Positions 1-9,657 of a stretch of 64,000 nt of DNA are shown one piece after another. The position numbers and the translations under genes are program-made. A model generated the notes under the pieces. It was given only the letters and a program-made list of their open reading frames with translations, was not told where the DNA came from and did no database searches. Origin of the DNA: a virus (taxonomy: Duplodnaviria > Heunggongvirae > Uroviricota > Caudoviricetes); the IMG/VR virus record IMGVR_UViG_3300013902_000267. One strand, 5' to 3'. Numbering within the stretch: position 1 is the first letter of the stretch; each line of letters starts with the position of its first letter.

Positions 1-32
1 TATATATAAGATAGTAAGCTTATAGATTTTAT

Positions 33-103
33 TGGGATATAATGTAATGGTAACATGGAATACTCTGAATGTTCTCTTACTGGTTCGAATCCGGTTATCC
101 CAA
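33..103 (+). tRNA. tRNA-Gln (anticodon CTG)
   Basis: Manual cloverleaf. Acceptor TGGGATA/TATCCCA is a perfect 7 bp. D-stem ATGT/ACAT. Anticodon stem GAATA/TGTTC (one G-U pair), loop CTCTGAA. T-arm ACTGG-TTCGAAT-CCGGT. Discriminator A. 71 nt. Confidence 0.8.
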
Positions 104-163
104 CATATTCGTAATTTTTATTTTTTATTTTTTTTATTTTTAAAGGATTTATACATAAAGAGA

Positions 164-197
164 AAAGGTTAATAAGATTTATTTCTTATTAACCTTT
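164..197. terminator. Perfect 14-bp inverted repeat (AAAGGTTAATAAGA ... TCTTATTAACCTTT) with a T/A-rich flank; probable bidirectional terminator
   Basis: Read directly. It lies between the tRNA (+) and the 3' end of the minus-strand gene 223..846. Confidence 0.5.
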
Positions 198-222
198 ATT
201 ATTTTATTTCTTAAAATAAATA

Positions 223-846
223 TTAATCTTCATCATCCCAATAATCATAATATTCATTTGGATCATAATTTAATTCTTTATCTTCCTTAAAATTATCAAT
301 CACCTTAGAATTTTCAACAAATTCTTTTACTTTTTCTATAATATCTGCATCGTTAATCATTATTTCTTGAGTGCCATCTGTTAACATTAAACCATCAATA
401 TTTATTTTATCGATTTTACATTCAGTTTCATCTGGATCATCAGGTTGATCATAATCATGTGAACGCATACCTGGCGTATAATCAACCCAACAATCAATGT
501 CTGCATTAAATGCTAAACTTACGCCATAATCTTCCATTGAACGTGTTAATATTGTTGCTGTTTCATTCTTTGGATCAACATCTGGTATAATATTACACAT
601 TAAACAATCGTCATCTTGATCATATTGCTCTATATATCCATTATCATTAAGAAGATCCATAATTAATGAATTAATTAATTCTTGTGGAAGTGATTCCATA
701 TCAGAAAGATCAATATCTCCATTTTCATCATAATACTTTGGATCAATATTAGATGATGTTATTATACCTTCATTAAGTGATTTCTTAAGTGCTGAAGCAA
801 TACCATTTACTAATGATTCATATAATGCTTTATTTTGTTTCTTCAT
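223..846 (-). CDS. Hypothetical acidic (D/E-rich) protein
   Basis: Intact 207-aa ORF in the standard code. No recognisable motif. Confidence 0.45.
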   Translation of the reverse strand: MKKQNKALYESLVNGIASALKKSLNEGIITSSNIDPKYYDENGDIDLSDMESLPQELINSLIMDLLNDNGYIEQYDQDDDCLMCNIIPDVDPKNETATILTRSMEDYGVSLAFNADIDCWVDYTPGMRSHDYDQPDDPDETECKIDKINIDGLMLTDGTQEIMINDADIIEKVKEFVENSKVIDNFKEDKELNYDPNEYYDYWDDED

Positions 847-942
847 AATTTCTATTAAATGCTAAATTATTTTTTATATTTATCATTTTTAAAACTATTT
901 AAAATAATTAATCTATAATAATTAAAATAAAAGGTTTGTTTT

Positions 943-1518
943 ATGAGTACACGTTGTAATTTACAAATACAAGATAATATAGAAGGAGAACATATATTAT
1001 ATCGACACTGTGATGGCATGCCAGATTCTGCAGGTAATGAAATAAAGAATTTCCTTAATGACTATGTAAAGAATACTAATACAACATATAATTATGAAGA
1101 AATTTCTAAAGGTATTATAGAACAGTTAGGATTTGAAGACGAAGGTAAAGTAGCAAAAGATATAAACTATTTTTATGAAATTGTTGTGCATCCAAATACA
1201 ATATTCTATACATGTTGGCATGTACCTGTATTTGGCAATTATGATATTGATAGTTTGGAGGATTATCCTGATTGTGAAGAACTAGAATGTGAGGAATTCA
1301 ATAAGTGTAATATACGAAAAGAAACTATTAATAAATCAACAGATGATATTGTTGATTCTAAAGAACTATTAAAATATGTAGATAGAAGAAATAAATTTCT
1401 TGATGAACTTTTAGATGAAGTTGAATTAAACGGTGGTATATCAAGAGATAAAATTATGAATATGTTAAAAGTAACATATGATCAGGGGTATAATTATAAT
1501 AGAGTAGATAATATTTAA
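943..1518 (+). CDS. Hypothetical protein
   Basis: 191-aa ORF. First gene of a long plus-strand block whose members overlap by a few nt (operon-like). Confidence 0.5.
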   Translation: MSTRCNLQIQDNIEGEHILYRHCDGMPDSAGNEIKNFLNDYVKNTNTTYNYEEISKGIIEQLGFEDEGKVAKDINYFYEIVVHPNTIFYTCWHVPVFGNYDIDSLEDYPDCEELECEEFNKCNIRKETINKSTDDIVDSKELLKYVDRRNKFLDELLDEVELNGGISRDKIMNMLKVTYDQGYNYNRVDNI

Positions 1519-1530
1519 TTTATAATTGTT

Positions 1531-1710
1531 ATGAAAAAATATTTAGAGATTCATTTGAAATATGAATTACCAGAAGATTATGATATTGATATTATAAATG
1601 ATGGTATTGATAATAAAGAAACATGGTCTTATATATTAGATTTAATGACAGATAATGAAAATAGAGAAAGTAAGGATACATGTAAATATACAACAGTTAA
1701 GATATACTAA
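1531..1710 (+). CDS. Small hypothetical protein (59 aa)
   Basis: ATG at 1531 to TAA at 1708-1710. Fills the gap between neighbouring genes. Below the ORF-track size cutoff. Confidence 0.3.
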   Translation: MKKYLEIHLKYELPEDYDIDIINDGIDNKETWSYILDLMTDNENRESKDTCKYTTVKIY

Positions 1711-1712
1711 AT

Positions 1713-2396
1713 ATGAAACATTACGATTCAATAGATAATATAAAATATAATACTGAATTAGTAGGAGAACAAGTATGGGCATTCAATAAATTAGATGGTC
1801 AGAATTTTTGTGCTAAATATTCTGTAAAGAAAAAGGAATTTACAAATTTTGGTTCAAGAAAATGTATGGTAGATGAGACATCAGAACAATTTGGTGATGC
1901 TGTACGTTATTTTAAATCACATAATTATTCATCTATATTAAGTAATATAGTTGAAAAACATAGAGTAAAGAAAGATATATTTTGTGGTGTTGATGAAATT
2001 ACATTTTTCTTCGAATGGTATGGAGAACATAGTTTTGCAGGATTTCATTCTGAAGAAGATAAAGATAATATGCATCTTGCATTAATTGATGTGTTCATCA
2101 AAAAGAAGGGATATATTGAACCAAAGATATATATGGATCTATTTAGAGATTGTGGAATAGAATTGCCGCAATTAGTTTATACGGGACCATTATCAAATGA
2201 TTTTATTAAAGATATTCAAGAAAATGACTGGACTGAACCAAATTGTAAATTTCCTTATGTAAAGGAAGGTGTTGTAATAAGGAGATCTACTATTTTAAAA
2301 GGACAACGAATGCCTAAAGTAAAAGTTAAAACAAAATGGTGGTTAACTGAATTACATAAAAGATATACAGAAGAAGAATGTAAATTATTAGAGTAA
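1713..2396 (+). CDS. ATP-dependent polynucleotide ligase, RNA-ligase-like (KxDG nucleotidyltransferase)
   Basis: Motif I 'AFNKLDGQN' (KxDG). Motif IV-like 'EGVVIR'. Motif V-like 'KVKVKTK'. 227 aa, minimal ligase size. Confidence 0.55.
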   Translation: MKHYDSIDNIKYNTELVGEQVWAFNKLDGQNFCAKYSVKKKEFTNFGSRKCMVDETSEQFGDAVRYFKSHNYSSILSNIVEKHRVKKDIFCGVDEITFFFEWYGEHSFAGFHSEEDKDNMHLALIDVFIKKKGYIEPKIYMDLFRDCGIELPQLVYTGPLSNDFIKDIQENDWTEPNCKFPYVKEGVVIRRSTILKGQRMPKVKVKTKWWLTELHKRYTEEECKLLE

Positions 2397-2398
2397 TT

Positions 2399-2851
2399 AT
2401 GACAACAGGTGAATTAGACGAAATTGTAAAAGATATTATTAATATTTTTGGTAAACATATAAAGCTTGCAAGTTTATCAGAAAAATCATATGCAACAGGA
2501 CATGAAAATTATTATGATATAGTGTTTGAGAATACTACATCATTTACTTCACGAATGTTCGGTTATCAATATAGAAAGTTCCTTAATAATCTTGCAAGTT
2601 TAACTAATGGTGAAACAAGAAAAACAAATTCATATAAAGGATTTGTATATTATTGGTTTCCTGGATTTATTTACAAGAAAAATAATTTAAGAATTGAATT
2701 TGGAAGGAAAGGTTGGAATAGACATAGTGGTGATGATTCAACTACATGTTTTTATATGACGACTAATAACAAATATATTATTGAAGAAATTGTTAATAAT
2801 ATATTAAGAGATAGAGATATACGTATTTTAAAGAAGAATGATTATGAATAA
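2399..2851 (+). CDS. Hypothetical protein (possibly an accessory domain of the adjacent ligase)
   Basis: 150-aa ORF lying between the ligase and the HisG-like gene. Confidence 0.4.
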   Translation: MTTGELDEIVKDIINIFGKHIKLASLSEKSYATGHENYYDIVFENTTSFTSRMFGYQYRKFLNNLASLTNGETRKTNSYKGFVYYWFPGFIYKKNNLRIEFGRKGWNRHSGDDSTTCFYMTTNNKYIIEEIVNNILRDRDIRILKKNDYE

Positions 2852-3491
2852 TAAACCAACATTAGTTGTTCCAAAAGGCAGACTATATAAAGGAATTAAA
2901 CATATGTTTAATTTATGTAATATTGATATGCCTGATGAGAATACTAGACAATATTATTTCCCTGATTGGAGTGATGATTGTGCATTATTTATAGCAAAAC
3001 CTAAAGCAATACCAGAATTAATTGCAAGTAAATTCTGTGAATTCAGTATGTGCGGATATGATATTATAAAGAATAGTGAATATGAAAATGATATAGAGCT
3101 CATTAAACACACAGGACTAAATAGAGTAAAAGTATGTTTAGCTTCACGATATAATATTGATGAATTGTGTCATATGAATAAACCAGTTATTTGTGCCACA
3201 GAATTTGATGTGTTAGCAAATCATTATTTTACAAAATTAGGAATTCCACATTATATATTAAATACAGCAGGTTCAACAGAAGGATATATTGATATTGGTG
3301 CAGATTGTATTATTGATGTTGTAGAAACAGGGAAAACACTTAAAGAAAATAATATTAATATATTAGATACACTGATTGATACTGATACATGTATATTTGA
3401 ACATGCATCATTAATGGATGCAATGTTACCATCAAATATACAAATAATTTATGATCAATGGATTAATAAGACATGGGAAACGAGAATGTAA
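2838..3491 (+). CDS. hisG: ATP phosphoribosyltransferase-like protein (HisG short form)
   Basis: N-terminal 'PTLVVPKGRLYKG' matches HisG 'L-I-A-x-PKGRL'. PRPP-binding signature 'DVVETGKTLKEN' matches HisG 'DLVSTGxTL'. 217 aa. Confidence 0.65.
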   Translation: MIMNNKPTLVVPKGRLYKGIKHMFNLCNIDMPDENTRQYYFPDWSDDCALFIAKPKAIPELIASKFCEFSMCGYDIIKNSEYENDIELIKHTGLNRVKVCLASRYNIDELCHMNKPVICATEFDVLANHYFTKLGIPHYILNTAGSTEGYIDIGADCIIDVVETGKTLKENNINILDTLIDTDTCIFEHASLMDAMLPSNIQIIYDQWINKTWETRM

Positions 3492-3934
3492 AATATATAG
3501 TAGAATTTGATGGTAATGATGGCACAGGAAAAACTTATACGATAAAAGTATTATCAAAAGTTTTTTCTAACTGTATTTTTATAGATAGAGGATTATTCAG
3601 TAAAGCAACATTGCTATCAGACGAAAATGATGAAATGTATAAGTATATTGATGATAATATTGATATGAATAGAATTTATATTATATTGGATGATTATCCA
3701 GAACATTGTCAAATGCTTATAAAAAGAAGAGGAGATTCTATTGAAGAGAAATATCATACAATAGAAGATTTAGAGTATTATCGTAAACAATTTACAAACT
3801 TATATGGTTATTGTTGTAAAAAGAATTATGATAATGTTTATTTAGTTACACGATTATTACCAGATCATGTTCAGGTAATGATTGATATTATTAAGAAATT
3901 TACTAATTTTAATAAGGAAAATAATAATGAGTAA
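3473..3934 (+). CDS. P-loop nucleoside monophosphate kinase-like protein (thymidylate/dNMP kinase family)
   Basis: 'IVEFDGNDGTGKTY' matches the 'IVFEGxDGSGKTT' kinase P-loop. 153 aa. Confidence 0.5.
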   Translation: MGNENVKYIVEFDGNDGTGKTYTIKVLSKVFSNCIFIDRGLFSKATLLSDENDEMYKYIDDNIDMNRIYIILDDYPEHCQMLIKRRGDSIEEKYHTIEDLEYYRKQFTNLYGYCCKKNYDNVYLVTRLLPDHVQVMIDIIKKFTNFNKENNNE

Positions 3935-4577
3935 AATAATTATTGGTACCAGTAATCCAGGTAAGATTAGAGAAATTGCATCTATTCTTTCACCATTAGG
4001 ATATGAGATTGAACCGCATGCATTGGATGTTGATGAAACAGGAAAGACTATTAAAGATAATGCTATTATAAAAGCAAAAGCATATAGTAATGTATTTCCA
4101 GATACTTATGTTATTGCAGAAGATAGTGGATTAGTCGTTCCTAAATTGAATAATCTTCCTGGTCCGTATTCAGCAAGATTTCATGAAATTACAATAGATG
4201 ATAATTTGAATGTTATAAATGTTCCACATGAAGAATTTACTACGGATAAATCTGAACATGATAAACTTAATAATGAGAAGTTGTTGAAGTATATTAAAGA
4301 TATTCCGTTTGATGAGCGTGCAGCATATTTTGAAGTATGTTTTGTCATTGCAAAGAATGGAATTATTCAAGAAACATTTAGTGGTTATTCATATGGTTAT
4401 ATAGCAGATGAATTACGTGGAACAAATGGATTTGGTTATGATCCATTGTTTATTGGTGAGAATACATTTGGTAAGACATATGCAGAACTAGATTCTGCAA
4501 GAAAGAATTTAAAGAGTCACAGAAAGCAAGCATTGAAACAATTGGGCCTTTGGGTTTCACAGAATATAGAGAATTAA
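3927..4577 (+). CDS. Non-canonical purine NTP pyrophosphatase (Ham1/RdgB/ITPase family)
   Basis: 'MSKIIIGTSNPGKIREI' is a classic Ham1 N-terminus. The ORF track starts at 3882; the ATG at 3927 is the likely start. Confidence 0.7.
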   Translation: MSKIIIGTSNPGKIREIASILSPLGYEIEPHALDVDETGKTIKDNAIIKAKAYSNVFPDTYVIAEDSGLVVPKLNNLPGPYSARFHEITIDDNLNVINVPHEEFTTDKSEHDKLNNEKLLKYIKDIPFDERAAYFEVCFVIAKNGIIQETFSGYSYGYIADELRGTNGFGYDPLFIGENTFGKTYAELDSARKNLKSHRKQALKQLGLWVSQNIEN

Positions 4578-4583
4578 TAATAT

Positions 4584-5075
4584 ATGAAGAAATTTATTTT
4601 TCCAGGTTCATTTGATCCTTTTACAAATGGGCATAAAGCAATAGTAGATCAGACATATAAATTGTGTGATGAATTTATTATAGCATTAGCGACAAACTTA
4701 AAGAAAGGAGAAGGACTTATTAAACGTCCTGAGCGTATTAAGTTAATTAAAGAGATTTTTAAAGATTATCCGAATGTAAAGGTAATTGATATGACAGATA
4801 CCTTGATTTCTGATTATTGTAAAAAGAATGGAGTTTCTTATATTGTTAGAGGTATCAGAAATTCGGAAGACTTTACATATGAAAAATCATTGGCAGCTAC
4901 TAACCATTATTTGGCAGGTGTAGAAACAATGTTGGTAATGGGTTTTTGCGAACCATATAATATTGATATTTCATCTACATTCGTTAGAGAATTGGTACAT
5001 TATAAATTACCTATTGGTGAGTTTGTTCCACCAGTTGTTGAACAATATATTAAAGATAATAATTTAACATGGTAA
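4584..5075 (+). CDS. Cytidylyltransferase-fold nucleotidyltransferase, PPAT (CoaD)-like; NMNAT-like activity not excluded
   Basis: 'FPGSFDPFTNGH' is the (T/H)xGH motif. C-terminal 'ISSTFVREL...FVPPVV' resembles PPAT. 163 aa. Confidence 0.6.
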   Translation: MKKFIFPGSFDPFTNGHKAIVDQTYKLCDEFIIALATNLKKGEGLIKRPERIKLIKEIFKDYPNVKVIDMTDTLISDYCKKNGVSYIVRGIRNSEDFTYEKSLAATNHYLAGVETMLVMGFCEPYNIDISSTFVRELVHYKLPIGEFVPPVVEQYIKDNNLTW

Positions 5076-5938
5076 ATAAGATTCAAGAAGAAGATTTAAA
5101 AGCAGTTGAGTATTGTAAAACTGTATTATATCCTAAATGGAATATCAAAGATTTGTATTCTATAGATTTTGATACATTTAGAAAAATGCCGTTGGTTGTA
5201 GAAGGTGAAAGTAAAGAGATACGTGCATTGGATGATGATTATTGTATCATTTATTTTAAACCTACAATTTATTCATTTACATATAATAGAACTGGTATTG
5301 TAGAAGGAAGTAATATTCCACGTGTTCATGTAAGTAAAGTATTGTGTGAGTTACTTAAAGAAAATGGTATTAAACATGCATATCTAGATTATGGTGATGA
5401 ATTTGTATTAGCACGCATAATTAAAGATACACCTAATATTGAAGTTGTTGTAAAAGCAAATCATACAGGTACAAGTAAACATAGATATTTTGGTATGGGT
5501 AAATCACATGTAAGAATGTCACATCCATATTATTCGGGAATGAAAATTAAAGACATGGAACCATATCCAGCACCTATTGTAAGATTTGATTGGCGAAATC
5601 CATTTTGGGAACCAAATACACATAAGATGTTAGCTGATGAAGTTATGTGCGATGATCAAGCAGATTATTATATTGATGTTAAGAAAGCAAAGAAAACTGC
5701 AGCACTAACATTCAGTGTATTAAGTGATTTTCTTGCAAGTAAAGATATTGTTATTTATGATTTGTGTTTGTTTATATCAGAAGATGGTGAAACAGTATAT
5801 GGAGAAATTTCACCAGATTGTGGAAGATATAGACATTATGATTTAGGAAGTCTTGATAAGGATGTATGGCGTGCAGGAGGTTCATCAGATCAGGTATTGG
5901 AGAAGTGGAATTTACTGTATAAAATGATTACACAATAA
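5069..5938 (+). CDS. SAICAR-synthetase (PurC)-like ATP-dependent ligase
   Basis: 'LVVEGESKEIRALDDDYCIIYFKPT' resembles PurC 'LYRGKAKTVY..DLLVLEF'. C-terminal 'GEISPDCGRYRHYD' resembles PurC 'DEFSPDGSRLWD'. Confidence 0.5.
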   Translation: MVNKIQEEDLKAVEYCKTVLYPKWNIKDLYSIDFDTFRKMPLVVEGESKEIRALDDDYCIIYFKPTIYSFTYNRTGIVEGSNIPRVHVSKVLCELLKENGIKHAYLDYGDEFVLARIIKDTPNIEVVVKANHTGTSKHRYFGMGKSHVRMSHPYYSGMKIKDMEPYPAPIVRFDWRNPFWEPNTHKMLADEVMCDDQADYYIDVKKAKKTAALTFSVLSDFLASKDIVIYDLCLFISEDGETVYGEISPDCGRYRHYDLGSLDKDVWRAGGSSDQVLEKWNLLYKMITQ

Positions 5939-5940
5939 TT

Positions 5941-6177
5941 ATGAGAAAATACGAATGTGAGATTGAAGATTATCATGGACATTTCTTTCACCATCGGTTT
6001 GAAGCAAACGATGATAATGAAGCGTTGGATAAAGCAAATGACCATGGTTATAGATATTATGCTAATGATGATACTTTATATTATGTAGAAGGAGATTATG
6101 TTGATTATAGTAATATAAGTACAGATCATTATAAAGAGAATATAAAGAAGTACCATCAAATATGGACTTCAATTTAA
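5941..6177 (+). CDS. Hypothetical protein (His/Tyr/Asp-rich)
   Basis: 78-aa ORF followed by a strong terminator. Confidence 0.4.
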   Translation: MRKYECEIEDYHGHFFHHRFEANDDNEALDKANDHGYRYYANDDTLYYVEGDYVDYSNISTDHYKENIKKYHQIWTSI

Positions 6178-6189
6178 ATAGTATATTTA

Positions 6190-6225
6190 AAAGTCACTAA
6201 AATAAAAACTTTAGTGACTTTTTCT
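6190..6225 (+). terminator. Rho-independent terminator (AAAGTCACTAAA - loop - TTTAGTGACTTT, then a T-run)
   Basis: Perfect 12-bp stem read directly, followed by TTTCTATT. Confidence 0.7.
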
Positions 6226-6263
6226 ATTATTATATATGAATTATAATTTAAACTATAAGATAA

Positions 6264-6647
6264 ATGAATTTAATTACAAATATAAAGAAATCATACAAAC
6301 ATATACCATATACATTTAAACATTGGAAGATGGTATTGAAATTAGAGAAGAAATATATAGGCTATTATAAATATCCTTTTCATGATTTAGATAAATTGTT
6401 CATGTATATATTCTTCCCTTATTTAGGAACAAAGATAATTCAGAAAATTCATACAAAGTTTGCTAATCATCATTTACGTAAATATAAGAAACATATGAAT
6501 TTTGATGAAGCTATTCTTGATTGGGAATCTGCAAGGTTTACAAAACCTGATAAACCATTGGATGCGTGGGATACATATCAAAAATATTTTACGGAATTTT
6601 CAAATGAACTTTTACCTATATTTGAAAAATTTAACTTGAAACATTAA
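6264..6647 (+). CDS. Hypothetical basic protein
   Basis: 127-aa ORF. Confidence 0.4.
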   Translation: MNLITNIKKSYKHIPYTFKHWKMVLKLEKKYIGYYKYPFHDLDKLFMYIFFPYLGTKIIQKIHTKFANHHLRKYKKHMNFDEAILDWESARFTKPDKPLDAWDTYQKYFTEFSNELLPIFEKFNLKH

Positions 6648-6869
6648 AGACTTTATTTATATACGTTTATATAAAATACATAATGATTTTGTTTTAGAAG
6701 AACATTTATAAAAACTGTTTTAATAATTAGTGTAAAAGTGAGCACACAGAAAAAGAGAATTATGATAATTTCTGTAGAGCATGGATCAATACCAGCATTA
6801 TATAATGTACAGTTTATAGCAACGAATGTTCGAAATTTAAATTAACTATATGTCTAACATTCTTAATTT

Positions 6870-6942
6870 TTATTATTGGTAATAAGTGGCAAAACATGCT
6901 AGGAATAGTAAGTTATCGGTTCGAACCCGATATAATAAAGAT
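6870..6942 (+). tRNA. tRNA-like element (canonical T-arm and 7-bp acceptor stem; D and anticodon arms unresolved)
   Basis: Acceptor TTATTAT/ATAATAA. T-arm ATCGG-TTCGAAC-CCGAT. I could not fold a convincing anticodon arm. Possible degenerate or atypical tRNA. Confidence 0.3.
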
Positions 6943-7154
6943 AGAAAATGGATGATAGTTAATGATGCTAGATATAACGCTTATTATAGAAGTATTATAG
7001 GATTTGATTGAAGTGTGGATGTTTATTATACCTGTTCTATTTTTTAATAAAACAAATGTCCCTATAGATTGAAACATGGATTGAGATGAATATAATATGA
7101 TGTAATTTTAAGTTTGTTATATTTAGCATTAATTTTTTAATAAGAATTATTAAT

Positions 7155-7598
7155 ATGTATATGTTACGATTACAAGATTTACCAGATGGTGCAATAGTTC
7201 AATTATACTATAGGTCTTACGAAGAAGGATATGGACGTAGTAAACCAATGTTTAGAACATATATTATATCATTTAATGATAATACTATAATTTTTTCAAA
7301 TGTAGAATCTAAATACGAAGGTAATTTTAGTTTTTATTTAAATCAAACAGCACAATATATACATTTTGATCCAACAGACATAAATAATATTAATAATTTT
7401 GGATTTGATAAAAACTATATTATTGTATATGGAATTTATACATTTGATGATTCTAATAATAAAGTAAAAATGCCATATTCAATGAAAGGCAAGTATAAAA
7501 TGAACATATACAATACAAAATGTATATATCAAGAAGATATATCAAAAATTGCAGGGGATGAAATACAAGCTTACAATAGACGATACAAATATTATTAA
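7155..7598 (+). CDS. Hypothetical protein
   Basis: 147-aa ORF. Confidence 0.4.
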   Translation: MYMLRLQDLPDGAIVQLYYRSYEEGYGRSKPMFRTYIISFNDNTIIFSNVESKYEGNFSFYLNQTAQYIHFDPTDINNINNFGFDKNYIIVYGIYTFDDSNNKVKMPYSMKGKYKMNIYNTKCIYQEDISKIAGDEIQAYNRRYKYY

Positions 7599-8109
7599 TA
7601 TAAACATATTACCCGGTGCAAAATTTGAATGTACAATATATAAAGGCAACGGACATTATGAAAGTTCATATGGAACTATTATGAAATGCAATGATAGATT
7701 AGTATTAATGTTGTGTGGACTTTTGTTTTTTGGATATGACTATCATTCTTGGAATAGTATTCATACTTATAATAAAAAACATTATCTGTATTATAATTAT
7801 TATAAGAATGATAACGATAGTATGAAAATAAAAGGTATTGTATGGTATTTAGATTTTGAAAAATATCCAGATAATTTTGGATTGTCTCCAAAATTATTTG
7901 TTGTTACTGATATATGGTTTAATAATATACATATATATAAAAGTAATTATATGTTGAAGAAATACAAACCAAGTTTAAAACCAAATTATATACATGAAGC
8001 AAATGAAAATTGTAAATGTTTTAAATATTGCGGTGGTAGTGTATATTCATCGGAAAAGTTAGAGGAATATGCAGAAGTAATACCTAATAAAAATTATAAT
8101 TATGAATAA
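7549..8109 (+). CDS. Hypothetical protein
   Basis: 186-aa ORF. Overlaps the upstream ORF by about 50 nt; the true start may be the later ATG at about 7558. Confidence 0.4.
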   Translation: MQGMKYKLTIDDTNIININILPGAKFECTIYKGNGHYESSYGTIMKCNDRLVLMLCGLLFFGYDYHSWNSIHTYNKKHYLYYNYYKNDNDSMKIKGIVWYLDFEKYPDNFGLSPKLFVVTDIWFNNIHIYKSNYMLKKYKPSLKPNYIHEANENCKCFKYCGGSVYSSEKLEEYAEVIPNKNYNYE

Positions 8110-9580
8110 TATTAAAGAAAATAATTTTTTCATTCCTAGAAAAATTGCTGTAGGATTTGTAAAAAGAGCAAATACATATTCAGGAAAGTTATCTTATATT
8201 ACTTATTATGATAATACTAATAAATTACGTAAGGACGTATCTTGGAATGGTTGGAGAGATAAAAATATAGAACCTGTATATACGGATAATATTCCAACAA
8301 CAGGTTTTATTATTAATAAACGTGCAGGAGGCGAAAAATGGGGATGGAACCAAAGAGCAACATATGCGCGTATATATGATCCAAGAGGGTTTGAATTTGA
8401 GATAACTATAGATAATCTTCTTTGGATTCTGGAATATACTAATTCAGAAAACAAGGAATTAAAAGGACAATTTGTATATAGTTGGTATGGAACTGAACTT
8501 GTACTTATGCCTATTGTTTCATCTGATTATGAAGAATCTAAACGTTTATCTGAACAACAATATAATAAAACATCGTTTAAAGAACGCGATTTAATTCCTG
8601 GAACACTTTATAAAATGAAAGGTAAGGAATTAAATGAATTGGTATATATTGGTAAAGTAAAAGTATCTACTGAATTCAATATGTCTTATGTTAATAAATT
8701 AGCATTTGTACCTATACAGGATTCTTGGAAGTTATATTCACATTATGATAAAAATATCAACAGATCTGATTTCTTTATATTTAAAAGTGTTTCGTCTGTT
8801 ATAGCAGAAATGCAACAAAATTATTTTAGTGACGATATTGTAAAAGAATATCTACATAGATTTGATATGTGCGCGTATTCATATAATTTCTGGAATAATT
8901 TTGGTAATTTCATTGATAAATTTGTTTCTGACCATCCATGTATAATGAATGATTATAAAAAACCATATAAGATAGAATATAATAGATATAGCACAGAGAA
9001 GAATAATTATAATAATATTATTGATAAATTCGAATATAATGGTATAAAGTTAGATTCATTAAGAATTATTCCTGAATGGTTAATCCAAACAGACAGAGAA
9101 CACATATTTTATGAAAATACAAGTGTATTAAAATCAGTTATATCCGATGATGGTAAATCCGTATTGATAAAAGATCAATATCCTACTATAGAAAAGATTA
9201 ATACATTTAATAGGATTGTATATAAACGAATGTATGATTTCATGAATATTGATTTAAATACAAATACATTTAATAAAATATGTGATCCCGGATTGTGGGA
9301 TGAATATAGAGGTCATCATTCTTGCGAAGTATCAAATATTATATATAAGCATCCATCAGAAACTACAGATGTTCAGAAAGCAAGAGAAATTAATACTCAG
9401 GTTTCATTAAATGATAACAGAACATTCTTATATTATATAACGAAGGATAATTATATATCTATATCATTACAGGAAATGATACGGAATCATCGTTATATGA
9501 AATTCGGTTTCTCGAATGGTATAGATGAGAATAAATGGGTAACATTAGATGTAATATTGTTACCAAAAAAGATTAAGTAA
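8102..9580 (+). CDS. Hypothetical protein (492 aa)
   Basis: Long intact ORF in the standard code. Confidence 0.5.
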   Translation: MNNIKENNFFIPRKIAVGFVKRANTYSGKLSYITYYDNTNKLRKDVSWNGWRDKNIEPVYTDNIPTTGFIINKRAGGEKWGWNQRATYARIYDPRGFEFEITIDNLLWILEYTNSENKELKGQFVYSWYGTELVLMPIVSSDYEESKRLSEQQYNKTSFKERDLIPGTLYKMKGKELNELVYIGKVKVSTEFNMSYVNKLAFVPIQDSWKLYSHYDKNINRSDFFIFKSVSSVIAEMQQNYFSDDIVKEYLHRFDMCAYSYNFWNNFGNFIDKFVSDHPCIMNDYKKPYKIEYNRYSTEKNNYNNIIDKFEYNGIKLDSLRIIPEWLIQTDREHIFYENTSVLKSVISDDGKSVLIKDQYPTIEKINTFNRIVYKRMYDFMNIDLNTNTFNKICDPGLWDEYRGHHSCEVSNIIYKHPSETTDVQKAREINTQVSLNDNRTFLYYITKDNYISISLQEMIRNHRYMKFGFSNGIDENKWVTLDVILLPKKIK

Positions 9581-9601
9581 TTTTTTTATTTCAAAATAAT
9601 T

Positions 9602-9624
9602 ATGTATCTTTGTATTGTTAATAA
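9602..9624 (+). promoter_or_regulatory. Conserved promoter-like motif ATGTATCTTTGTATTGTTAATAA (copy 1 of 6)
   Basis: Same 23-mer family upstream of five minus-strand genes, always in the direction of transcription. Followed by a conserved AACAATTAAAAATAT element about 15 nt before the ATG. Confidence 0.55.
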
Positions 9625-9657
9625 ACAAAAAGTATAAACAATTAAAAATATATAATT

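Noticed and set aside
4170-4370. Numerous short ORFs antisense to or overlapping long genes (for example 4170..4370, 16637..16876, 28044..28295, 32907..33571, 36475..37317, 49365..49709, 53150..53395, 59223..59942)
   Set aside because: AT-rich DNA generates stop-poor antisense frames. All lie inside better-supported genes on the other strand or frame and have low-complexity, I/L/F/K-rich translations.
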